A stretch of DNA of 60,094 nt, the filler included, from Squatina squatina (Eukaryota), in the NCBI GenBank assembly GCA_031763465.1. It is 4 parts of 4 records of this genome, joined end to end, with 100 filler letters (N's around TTAATTAATTAA, not from the genome) between each part and the next. Parts side by side here need not be neighbours in the genome. Positions count along the whole stretch, not along the records: positions 1 to 16,509 come from JARFOE010000192.1; 3 more parts are not named here. One strand, written 5' to 3'. Within the stretch, counting starts at the first letter, position 1, and each line of letters starts with the position of its first letter. Position numbers and translations under genes: made by a program. Shown here in pieces: positions 1 through 11,600 of the stretch. The notes under the pieces are model-generated. The model made no database searches, was not told the DNA's origin, and saw only the letters and a list, made by a program, of their open reading frames with translations.

Positions 1-450
1 CTAGTCGTCTAGCATGAACAAAGGCTTGGATGAGGGTTTCAGCATCGGATGAGCTGTGGCAAGGGTGGAAACAGGTGGTGTTATGGAGGTGGAAATAGGT
101 GGTCTTAGTTATGCTGCGGATATGTGGTCAGAAGCACATTTTAGGGTCAAATATGACACCAAGATTGCGAACAGTGTGGTTCAGCTCAGACAGATATTAA
201 GGAGAGGGATGGAGTCAGTGGCTAGGGAAGAGAGTTTGTGGCGGGGACCAAAAACAATAGCTTCAGTCTTCCCAATATTTAATTGGAGAAAATATCTGCT
301 CATCCAGAACTGGATGATGGACAAGCAGTCTGACAATTTAGAGACCGTGGAGGGTTGAGAGAAGTGGTGGTGAGGTCGAGCTGGCTATCCTCAGCGTACC
401 CGTGGAAACTGACGCTGTGTATTTGGATGATGTCGCCAAGGGGCATATGA
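1..450 (-). mobile_element. L2-clade LINE reverse transcriptase fragment (degenerate)
   Basis: Minus strand reads MPLGDIIQIHSVSFHGYAEDSQL, a decayed form of the L2 RT motif [23 protein letters not shown]; frameshifted downstream. Confidence 0.85.
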
Positions 451-1844
451 CTCCGATATCCCTGATCAAATGTCTTGTATAGGGAAGTGATCAAACAATC
501 AACTGTAATTTGTTACTGATATTGAAATACTTTCACAATCCTAGATTGAAAAATCCTTTTAAAATCATATTCATTTCGTAAATGAATAAGATTGGTTTCT
601 CTTCAGATTTTTAAAATACTAATATAACCTGCATAGAGTAATGCAGATGGATAATTCATAAGTCAGTAGTAATGTTGTCACAGGACAGAATTTTACCCCC
701 ACGGAGTAGAAATTCCAGCCGCACTTGTAAATCCTCTTGTACGAGCCTCATCGAGGTTCAAGGACACGGAGCACACTGGCAGTTGGCATCCGCACTGCCG
801 CCACTGGTAGCACAAAAATGGACTAAAACAAAAATACCCAACCCCTTCCCTTACACGTTAAATTCAAACTGTGTGTTATAAATAGTAAGATATCAGGGAG
901 TCATTTGAAAATTGTAAGCCAATCACAGGGTTCAGGTGTCAGTCATAAATGACTTGAATTTCATTCTCATAATTCATGACTTCATCAGAACTTCATGATT
1001 GGATTACAGCCTTGTGACCACTCCTACGTACTTTTAAAAATATTGATTANNNNNNNNNNNNNNNNNNNNNNNNNNNNNNNNNNNNNNNNNNNNNNNNNNN
1101 NNNNNNNNNNNNNNNNNNNNNNNNNNNNNNNNNNNNNNNNNNNNNNNNNNNNNNNNNNNNNNNNNNNNNNNNNNNNNNNNNNNNNNNNNNNNNNNNNNNN
1201 NNNNNNNNNNNNNNNNNNNNNNNNNNNNNNNNNNNNNNNNNNNNNNNNNNNNNNNNNNNNNNNNNNNNNNNNNNNNNNNNNNNNNNNNNNNNNNNNNNNN
1301 NNNNNNNNNNNNNNNNNNNNNNNNNNNNNNNNNNNNNNNNNNNNNNNNNNNNNNNNNNNNNNNNNNNNNNNNNNNNNNNNNNNNNNNNNNNNNNNNNNNN
1401 NNNNNNNNNNNNNNNNNNNNNNNNNNNNNNNNNNNNNNNNNNNNNNNNNNNNNNNNNNNNNNNNNNNNNNNNNNNNNNNNNNNNNNNNNNNNNNNNNNNN
1501 NNNNNNNNNNNNNNNNNNNNNNNNNNNNNNNNNNNNNNNNNNNNNNNNNNNNNNNNNNNNNNNNNNNNNNNNNNNNNNNNNNNNNNNNNNNNNNNNNNNN
1601 NNNNNNNNNNNNNNNNGTCACTGCCACAACCCCTGCCACTGGCGCCCAGCCTCCAACGCCGTTTTCACACCGGCATGCGGCTCTTACCAATTCTTCGATT
1701 TCTGCTGCAGCCGTCACCAGCAGGCATTAGAGGTGTAACACCCATTTCCTGCCCAATTAGTGTCCATTTACAACCACCAATTGGGCCCCCATAGTTTTGT
1801 TTTAGTCCCTATTCTAATGTCAAATTATTCTATGATTTGAGTAC

Positions 1845-2175
1845 CTAGTGCACGCAGTCTTGAGTGCAGTACTGAGGAGTGTTGCATTGTAAAGATGCTG
1901 CCCTTTGAATGAGATGTAAGCCTGATCCAGTGGTTGAGGGTAAAGATGTTAAAGATTCCATGGCACTCTTTGAAGAGCAGGGAGATCCCAAAATTCCTCT
2001 CTCAAGCAACACCCAATGACAAATTAACTAATTGTCCTATTAGAGGCATCTAGGTGTACACACATGGCTGTTCCCTTTATTTATGTAACAGTAGTCAGTG
2101 CAGTTCAAAGTAATTCCTTCTATGCAAAATGTGGTGATGTGATAAGGTGATAAATAAATGCAAGTCTTTCTTTCA
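1845..2175 (+). mobile_element. Degenerate Deu-domain SINE (SacSINE1-like)
   Basis: gtgcagtactgagg...ccatggcactctttgaagagcaggg core plus ataaatgcaagtctttctttc tail, shared with other copies in this window. Confidence 0.7.
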
Positions 2176-4394
2176 TTCTGATAGTACAAAATAAATCTTA
2201 TTTTCCTGGTGAAAATACAGTTAATTGCTAGTTTTTTTTTGATCTTGCTACTTTATAAGGATTTAAAATTTTTTTAATATCTATCTTTGGAATGTGATTG
2301 TTACTGTAATCTTTGTGTCTCTGAGTGAGGTCGAAACCATATTCTGTAGCTGTGGTTAGAAATTGCATTGTGAGGAAAACCAGGTCCACAGATGACGTAG
2401 CTGCATATGGCTGCCATGACACTAGCTGGTCATATGTTAAGACATTGATTTCACCAGAGGCAATTCCTAATACAGGTTTTTATCTGCATAGTTATGATAT
2501 TGATTCCGACTGATTTGTCAGCTCGTCACATTGGTTGCTGNNNNNNNNNNNNNNNNNNNNNNNNNNNNNNNNNNNNNNNNNNNNNNNNNNNNNNNNNNNN
2601 NNNNNNNNNNNNNNNNNNNNNNNNNNNNNNNNNNNNNNNNTGTCCTGGCTAAGGCTCTATTATAATCAGTGGAGGAACTCTAAGTTTGATTGTAGGAACT
2701 ATTGTTTAAACTATCTTGTTAGTTCCCATGCGCTTTTAAGAATGACGCATGGATGTTTGTTCTTGGGCAAGTTTCCTACTTGGCACTAATTAATATATTC
2801 ACTTGTTTACACTCTCAGAAGCTTATCATCATCAGTCTAATTAATTTACTCTATATAGATCTTTATTGTTTATGACAACGAGCCATGTCCATCCTTTAAA
2901 ATTTTTCTTTGTCCATCCATTTTAATCTCTTTGAGACTTGGACTGATGAAGCAATTAACTGAATGAGTTCAATTATACCCTGACTAGCAAACAGAATCTA
3001 CATGTAATGTTAATTATATCCTAGAGAGCTCTATTAGCAGGTGAATGCTTAATGCTTTCTAATGATCACCCTCTGTCTGCTTTTTAAGGTTAACCTATTT
3101 ATAATGTCTCCATTAAAGTAATTCAGAGGAAAGACATACAAATATGTTACGTGTCCATCCAATAAAATCATCATCAATGATTTCTGGCCTTATGGTTTAA
3201 ATCATTTTTAAATTGGTCTTTATTGTATCCTTGAAATTTTAGAATTTGGGCATTATTACAGAAACTAATTAATTCCCTGTGGCATTAAGGAGTAGAATAA
3301 AAAATTATTTGTAATATGAGATGCTATTGTTTATTCAATCTTTCAATATAATTTTATCTTTTTTTGATTGGTCTTAGGTTTTAAAATTGGGAACTTTTCA
3401 TTGTTATGTTTTGGTTCACATTTACTTACATTTATCTATAATTTCATTTTGCAAGTTAGTTTTTGCTTTGTGTGCCACACTTTGTTTTACTTTTTGTTAA
3501 GGAAAATCATGTAAAACAAGGAGAGATGAGAGAGGGCATTCTTGTTAGCAGAGCATCTGTGTTTGAAAAGGTGTGAACATTTAACCCTATCGTATCTATG
3601 ATGTCATCATGCTAGTCTCCAATGTCAAGGATTTTAATTGGCTGAAAATACTGACTTGAAGCCAATCTTCAACCAATGAAGTCCTAGTTTTGAAAATTAC
3701 TTCCACCTTCAAAATGGTTGGTGAATGCCAGAAAGGGGAAAACATGGTAAATAGAAAATTTAAAAGCAAGCTTTAAAGTTAGAAATGGGTTACAAATAGN
3801 NNNNNNNNNNNNNNNNNNNNNNNNNNNNNNNNNNNNNNNNNNNNNNNNNNNNNNNNNNNNNNNNNNNNNNNNNNNNNNNNNNNNNNNNNNNNNNNNNNNT
3901 CATTCAGCTCAAACCACGACACAAACCTGGACTTCCCCAGTCTATATAACTCAATTAAACATCAGGATATACATTTGTTCAGTTCATTAATGCCATGAGA
4001 ACATAGGTTCATAATTTTATATATAGAGTAGATAATATACATTTTTATGTTTGCAAGATACTAAAACAATTGAAATCAGCTGACCAGCTGCAAGGAAAGG
4101 CGCATTGAAATTTTTACTGAATGTTCAAAACAAACAGGAGTTTCATAACCAATTGCAGCAATCCTATTCTTTCAGAAGTTGTCACATTTGTAATATTCAT
4201 CATTGAAATTTGTCACAGGTAATTTCTGCAGATGTTATTTGATGGACCACATGCAACTGATGAAAATTACAAAGGACATTTCAAAGCTGAAAGAAAGTGA
4301 AGAGATCAGTGCAGCTGGGGGTAGACATCCATCATGCAGTCAGTAACAATGGTAGCAGAGTGGGTATGGCACAAAGGAACTTGCCGGTACTTAC

Positions 4395-4504
4395 AAGACT
4401 TTTGCTTTCCCCGAAGACGGGTGGTGGAAACATCGGGGGTGGTGGAGGGGTCGGAAGACAACATTTGTTAGTGCTTCTCTTTTTGTGTTCCACAGGTGCC
4501 AGTG
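4395..4504 (-). CDS. COLQ: Acetylcholinesterase collagenic tail (ColQ), exon encoding the proline-rich attachment domain (PRAD)
   Basis: 110-bp exon with acceptor tttcctttgtgatacag and donor gtaagt. Encodes (A)LAPVEHKKRSTNKCCLPTPPPPPMFPPPVFGESKSL, matching the ColQ PRAD pattern KKR...CCLLTPPPPP(M/L)FPPPFF. Confidence 0.9.
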
Positions 4505-6496
4505 CTGTATCACAAAGGAAACACAATTAGATATCACCTTCCTGTTACCATTACNNNNNNNNNNNNNNNNNNNNNNNNNNNNNNNNNNNNNNNNNNNNNN
4601 NNNNNNNNNNNNNNNNNNNNNNNNNNNNNNNNNNNNNNNNNNNNNNNNNNNNNNCCGCCTTAAAATTGAACCATTGAGTTTATATTGGCTCCCCTCATTC
4701 TTCCCACCTAAATATACAGTGCACTGGATTGAAAATAAATGATACACTACTGGTGATTATACTTTATTATTACTCTGCACATACTAAACAAAGCACATAT
4801 ATTACTGTTGTATACAAGTTATTTTGTTTGTATTCTCTGATATAACCTGCTCTCTTTATATCCGCATTTGTATTCGATGCATGTTCCTCGAAAGTAGACT
4901 GGTCAAGATCAGCGCCTTTGTATTTTCTGGATTAAGTTTCACATGAAGCGATATCTCGTGTTAAACGAAACACCACAAAACCCTGCACGGGCTGAATGCT
5001 TAATAATTTCTTGCAGCAAATTCTAAATTTAAAATAAAATGGACTTCACACTCTGATGCGCTAAATATTATTATAAGTACCGTGTAGAACATCTGTTGCA
5101 CAATAGTTGCTTCCTAAATGGTGTTCCAACTAAATGGATTCTTTGACATATAACTTCTGAGATACCATGCTCAATAACTCGAATTAAACATGCTCATTAC
5201 CGCCTGACTTTGGTGTTCCCAAGGCAACACACGCAAACAATTAGAAATAGTTTCCCATAAATTCTTACTGGCTGAACAAGTTATTTCAGGAGACCTGACT
5301 GAATATGTGATATGTACAGAGCCAGCTGATGTTTACCCTCTCACATCCGATTGGAGTCCTATAGCAATAAGGAAGAGACCCGTTGTATNNNNNNNNNNNN
5401 NNNNNNNNNNNNNNNNNNNNNNNNNNNNNNNNNNNNNNNNNNNNNNNNNNNNNNNNNNNNNNNNNNNNNNNNNNNNNNNNNNNNNNNNNNNNNNNNNNNN
5501 NNNNNNNNNNNNNNNNNNNNNNNNNNNNNNNNNNNNNNNNNNNNTTAGGTCGTTAATCTCTCCCCCCATTGAAAAGAACAATCTGCCACCGAATCCGGAT
5601 TGTCGGTTTCACTCAGTTACACACACTGCCTACCACATGCATTTTATACTGAGCTGCGAGCAAGGGGGAGGGAGAAGGGGATTCTATCATTTAATCTGTT
5701 ATACCTGCTTGTAATGGGAAAGTGTTGTCCAGGAAGGTGGCTTCAGCCAGCACATGGCAGAAAAAGAGCTGGAGGAAAAGTCCAAAGGCGATCGGGAACA
5801 TCCCGGCTCGGCTGCAATTCAAACTTGACGCTGGCGTCGCTGTTGCCTTTGGAGAAGAATGCCAATCATTTCCCATTAAATCTTCTCCTTACCGCACACA
5901 CCGGCTATATTTAACCAGAAAGTACATCAGCTGCTTTTACAACACAAGCCCCACCGCGCACATTAGACACTGGCACATTACTGCAGAGCCTGATCAATAG
6001 CCGGAGCGATCAGACAGCAACGAGACTTAAACACACATCGAGTGCATTCATGGACCGGGTTCCACCACAGTGCAAGGCTCAGGACATTGATCGTGCAAAC
6101 TCCGATAGCGCCTTTGAAATTACTAACCGCAATAATTTTATTTTTCAGTCCCTGCATTCCAATAATACATTGCACCAATGTACCAATTGCACCTTTCTCC
6201 CCAATTGTCTTATGGTTTCGATGAATTATTTTAACATGCATAGAATCATGTTCAGATCGGTTGAGCTGACACTAACAAGGTTAAATATTGCATACGTGTC
6301 AATTCTTCTTACCGAAATATGAATGATCTCATCTTTGAAGGGAAATCACAAATTTAAAACGAGAAGCGATTTTATTTTTAAAAACACCAGTCATGTNNNN
6401 NNNNNNNNNNNNNNNNNNNNNNNNNNNNNNNNNNNNNNNNNNNNNNNNNNNNNNNNNNNNNNNNNNNNNNNNNNNNNNNNNNNNNNNNNNNNNNNN

Positions 6497-7685
6497 ACTG
6501 TCTAATCATATTATGATTTTCTAAGTGCCCTGTTTCCATTTCCTTGATAATGGTTTCCAGCATTTTCCCAATGACTAATATCAGGCTAACTGGCCTGCAG
6601 TTCTTTGTTTCTTTCTTTCTCTCCCTGCTTTCTTGAATGGTGGAGTTGCATTTGCTACCTTCCAGTCCACTGGAACCATTCTAGAATTCTTGAGAATTTG
6701 GAAGATCACAACCAAAGCAGCCATTATCTCTACAGCCACCTCTGTTAGAACCCTAGGATTTAGGCCATCAGGTCCAGGGGATTTGTCGGCGTTTAGTCCC
6801 ATTAGTTGCTCAAGTACTTTTTCTCTACTGATATTAATTACTTTAAGTTCCTCATTCTTATTAGCCCCTTGGTTCCCCACTATTTTTGGTGTGCTTTTTG
6901 TGTCTACACTGTGAAAGCGGATAGAAAATATTTGTTTAAAGTCTCTTCCATTTCCTTATTCCTCATTTATAATTTCTCCTGCCTCTGCCTGTAAGGGACC
7001 AACGTTTACTTTTTTTACTCCTTCCTTTTTACGTACCTGTAGTAGTGCTTTAAACCTTTTTTTTTTTAATTTCTTGTTAGTTTACTCTCTGGTCATCCTT
7101 TGCTCTTTTCTAAAGCTCTCCCAATCCTCAGGCTTACTACTATTCTTCGCAACTTGATAGGCCTCTTTTAAACAAATACTATCCTTCTTCAGTTAGCCAT
7201 GGATGGATCACTTTTCCCATAGAGCTTTTATTTCATAATGGAATATATATTCGTTGAGGATTTTGGAATACTTAAATGCTTGCCACTGTTTATCTACCTT
7301 TTTAACCTAATTTCTCAATTTGCATTGGCCAACTCTCCCCTCATCCCTCTGTAATTGGCTTTATTTAAGTTCAAGACTCTAGTTCCAGACTTAAGTTTGT
7401 CACTTTTGGATTTAAGTATGTCACACTGAAACCCAATATGAAATACTTATTATGATCACTGAGATTACTAATTAACCTTGTCTCATTACACAATACAAGA
7501 TCTAAAATAGCCTGTTCTCTGTTGGTTCCATGACATATTGTTCTGGGAAACTGTCTCGAATGCATTCCATGAACTCGTCCTCGAGGCTACTTTTGCCACT
7601 TTGATTTGCCCTGTCTACAAGAAGATTAAAGTCTCCCATGATTATTGTATTACCTTTGTTACAAGCTCCTGTTATTTGTTGATGA
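6497..7685 (-). mobile_element. CR1 LINE ORF2 fragment (endonuclease C-terminus to RT start), degenerate
   Basis: Minus-strand peptides REQAILDLVLCNE and ADKSPGPDGLNPRVL...VPVDWKVANATPPFKK are typical of CR1 ORF2; multiple stops and frameshifts. Confidence 0.92.
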
Positions 7686-7795
7686 AGGTTTTAAGGAGCA
7701 TCTTAAAGGAGGAGAGAGAGGCAGAGTGGTAGAGAGGTTTAGGGAGGGACTTCCAGAGCTTAGGGCCAAAGCACTGCCCTCAATGTGGAGTGATT
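7686..7795 (-). mobile_element. L2 LINE 3' end fragment
   Basis: Reverse complement of ggccctaagctctggaa...ctcctttaagatgctccttaaaacc; same sequence family as 52865-52991. Confidence 0.75.
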
Positions 7796-7900
7796 AAAAT
7801 NNNNNNNNNNNNNNNNNNNNNNNNNNNNNNNNNNNNNNNNNNNNNNNNNNNNNNNNNNNNNNNNNNNNNNNNNNNNNNNNNNNNNNNNNNNNNNNNNNNN

Positions 7901-8605
7901 TGTGCTTTATAATGTTGCTTGCGGCAGGATGGCTCTCAGTGTAAACCTGCTGTGCCTGTGTGCATGGGTTCGGACTGGAGTCATGAGCCATGTCATCAAT
8001 GTATAACCTGTGTTGCTCAGTAGCCAGCCTTTGACTTGCCATGGTGGATCAACTACAGGTGGCACAGAGGAAGGCAATAGAATGTAGGAATCGTGACTGC
8101 TGCCAGGATAATGGGCTTTCATCTGCACGATGCATTGCCATTGGTCCCACACTGGCTGCAAATTGAGGGAGTGGAATCCCTTTCAGTTCATGAAAATGGC
8201 CGAGTTCACATGAAATGCATGCAAGGCAATGTGCGTACAGTCAATGGCACCCCCACCATGGGGAAACCTGCAATCCATGCAAACCCTTGTGCTCACTCTG
8301 CCTGCTAGTCTCTGTCAAGAAGAAATAAGATGAAGCTGTCTCTCTGTGTATAAAGAATCTCATTAACCTCCCTTATGCAGCAGTGCACTGCAAATTGCAA
8401 GTTGTTGTTTATATCTCCTGCAGCAGTCTGGAAGGAGCCAGACACATGAAAGCTATGAGCCATAGTCACCTCAACAGCCACAGGCAATGCTGTCTTTGCC
8501 CTGCTTTGAGGTGGCAGTTGTGGCAGCAGCAGTTGGCAGATTGCAGTCACAGCTTTTGTGAAGCAAAGATGTCTCAAGTATTGGTCCTCGCTGAAGTTGA
8601 GCTCA
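7901..8605 (-). mobile_element. PIF/Harbinger DDE transposase relic (HARBI1-like, pseudogenised)
   Basis: Peptides TALPVAVEVT...SGSFQTAAGDI...AVHCCIREV, GFAWIAGFPMV, YPGSSHDSYIL and GWLLSNTGYTLMTWLMTPVR match the Harbinger transposase core; stops and frameshifts present. Confidence 0.9.
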
Positions 8606-11600
8606 GAGAATTAGGGCGGCCAATTAGTTCGCTAAAGTCCACGCTGAAGTAGTATTAAACGGGTGTTAGCGGCTAACGCCGATTTTCTCTCTAATGTCGT
8701 CCGCTCACCTTTTAGGCTCCTCCGACCCCAGGCGCTAAAGGAGTGTAGGCCCGGGATTGTAGGAAACGCGGTGCTCGGCGCAAGATGCCGGACGTGACAT
8801 AATCGTCGGGCGCAGCGCCCAACAATTTGGCCGTGTTTCCAGCTGGTAAGTTCAGCGGTGACAACGCGCTGTCACCCTGTAGGGAGTGATGGTTAAGTTT
8901 TATTTTTAAGAAAATTAGCATTAATTTTTTTTTTCAATCGTGATTGTTTTGGCTTAATGGGGTTGCAGGCATTGTTTGAAAGTGTGAAAGTGATTAACTT
9001 ACCGTAAAAAGTGTTTTTTCCTGCCCACTTTTGATTTTTAAATATTTGACTATTCGGCCATCACTAATTTGGAGTAGGGACGGAGGTGCTGAGACAGCGT
9101 CCTTTTGGAGCAGAGAGAGACGGGTCACATTGATATTTACCTTTGCCTGACCCGGTCGCTTCCTGACCAATGTGACTATTCGGCCATGGGGAGGCATGAC
9201 TCAAGTTGGAGTGGGATCTCCACCGACACCACATGAGGTAGGTGAGGTAGAGGGATCGCCTCCTTTTGGATGCGAGAGAGANNNNNNNNNNNNNNNNNNN
9301 NNNNNNNNNNNNNNNNNNNNNNNNNNNNNNNNNNNNNNNNNNNNNNNNNNNNNNNNNNNNNNNNNNNNNNNNNNNNNNNNNCCTTGAGGTAAATTAGGAT
9401 TTTAGTTGGAGAAGAACTAGGGACTTAAACAATCAAAGTTCCAGAAAAAGATGGAAGAATGTGTTCTTAGCAACAGACTGGATGGAAAAGCTCATCCCAG
9501 GGTTAAACACAACTTAAGGCTGCAGACCACTAAATTAAAACTGAGAGTGCTGCTGGGAAGGCTGATGAAATTAGAACCAGAGGCATATTCGTATCCAGCC
9601 AGCCAGGATCCTGATGGTGACACCACAAACTTAAATATTAACTATTGCAAGGGTTTGGTTTACAACATCCCAAAGTACAACAAAAACACACACACAAACC
9701 GGATTTTTTTTTAAGATTTCTTTTTTATTGAAAGCTTCTTCAAAGAAAACAGAATTTTAAACCTAACATCCACTGATCTACATAAATTTCCAGGAGCAAA
9801 CAGATAATGAAAGAACTGCCAGGCAAAGTGATGCCTAGTGTGTCTGTGGCACAACTGAAACACAAATTTAAAAAAATTAACTTTCTTGATCTTTATAGAC
9901 ATCTCTATGAGTTTTTTTTTTAAAATGAAAAGAACTGTACAAAATAAGGTCTTCATAAATTAAAAAAAAGTTTCATAATTTAATGACTGGTGAAACAATC
10001 CTGGTCTAGGACCAGGCTACAGAGTTTCCCTGTGCAGGTTTGTAACAAATGAAAAAAAAATCAGTATCAGACAGAAGGAAATGGCATTTAACCCTCCAAG
10101 TTTGGTAGTTGTTCCTACATGGTAAGGAGCAACAGTAAAACACACTAGTTGGACATTGGGAGTTTTATTACCAGCAATTTTTCAGTTTTGTTTCTTAGGC
10201 TATATGTCCATGGACTGTGGGACCATCGCTAACTCAGATGGTTGCTCCGATATGGAACATTACTGTAACTTGCTTCTGGAGGAAATGTATTTTCTACTTG
10301 TTTTTTTATCGGTAGTCCTGACTGACATTTTATTTTGCCTATCAAATTATTTTTGATTTATTCATAATTCCATTTTGGCCAATATATGTCGTTTCATCAC
10401 TGTCAAGATTCTTTTTGAAATATATATATTGCATTAGTTTCTCTATAATTGATAGATTCCCACAATAATTGACAAAGAATAACTAAACAACAATGACCAA
10501 CTGATTCTTTGTAGTTGAGCCAAATGATGCCATACATTTGAAACAAAGATATGTCATTCGGAATTTAGATTTAGAACAAGCAACAGGCTTTGTTGAAATT
10601 GTTATGTAGAAATGCCAGCACTTTTTAAAGAAAAATCCATTGAACTTAGAAGGTTAAATATGTGTTTTGGACTGACCTCTGTCTAACAGAATTTGAAAAC
10701 ACAGAAAAACATTTATCCTGTGAGGTTATAAATGATGAAAACCTTTGTGTCTGAACAAAGCAGCATAGATCTGAATTGATACACAGAGCAATCTCAATAT
10801 CTGCACGTACTAATGTAGCTAGGTTATCAACTGGTATGTCAATGTACCTTCCTGAAGGATTTCAAACTGGAACCTTCTCCAGTAATCTGATGCCACAGCA
10901 CGACACTCAGTGTTGATATTACACCCACAATAGGAACCGTGAATTTTTCACATTCCAGTTATTTACCACATTCTTTGTTAAAGAAACGTGAGCCTTCTTT
11001 GGAAGTCACTCAGCTCAGTCAAACATGCCAAGTCAATTTTTAAACATTTCAAAGGACTAAACCCTGGAGCCTGGGCAGAATCACAGGAGTCTGGCTTAAA
11101 GTCCTTTGAGCCAAAAGTCAAGCCCAAACCCAAGGCCATATTTGTATCAGTCAACTATTGTTTNNNNNNNNNNNNNNNNNNNNNNNNNNNNNNNNNNNNN
11201 NNNNNNNNNNNNNNNNNNNNNNNNNNNNNNNNNNNNNNNNNNNNNNNNNNNNNNNNNNNNNNNNNNNNNNNNNNNNNNNNNNNNNNNNNNNNNNNNNNNN
11301 NNNNNNNNNNNNNNNNNNNNNNNNNNNNNNNNNNNNNNNNNNNNNNNNNNNNNNNNNNNNNNNNNNNNNNNNNNNNNNNNNNNNNNNNNNNNNNNNNNNN
11401 NNNNNNNNNNNNNNNNNNNNNNNNNNNNNNNNNNNNNNNNNNNNNNNNNNNNNNNNNNNNNNNNNNNNNNNNNNNNNNNNNNNNNNNNNNNNNNNNNNNN
11501 NNNNNNNNNNNNNNNNNNNNNNNNNNNNNNNNNNNNNNNNNNNNNNNNNNNNNNNNNNNNNNNNNNNNNNNNNNNNNNNNNNNNNNNNNNNNNNNNNNNN

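Noticed and set aside
3629-3684. Small inverted repeat ggattttaattggctgaa / ttcaaccaatgaagtcc
   Set aside because: Short, imperfect and not convincingly extendable.
9760-10220. Possible second foldback centred on cctggtctaggaccagg (~10000-10016)
   Set aside because: Only short, patchy complementary blocks in AT-rich DNA; not distinguishable from chance by eye.
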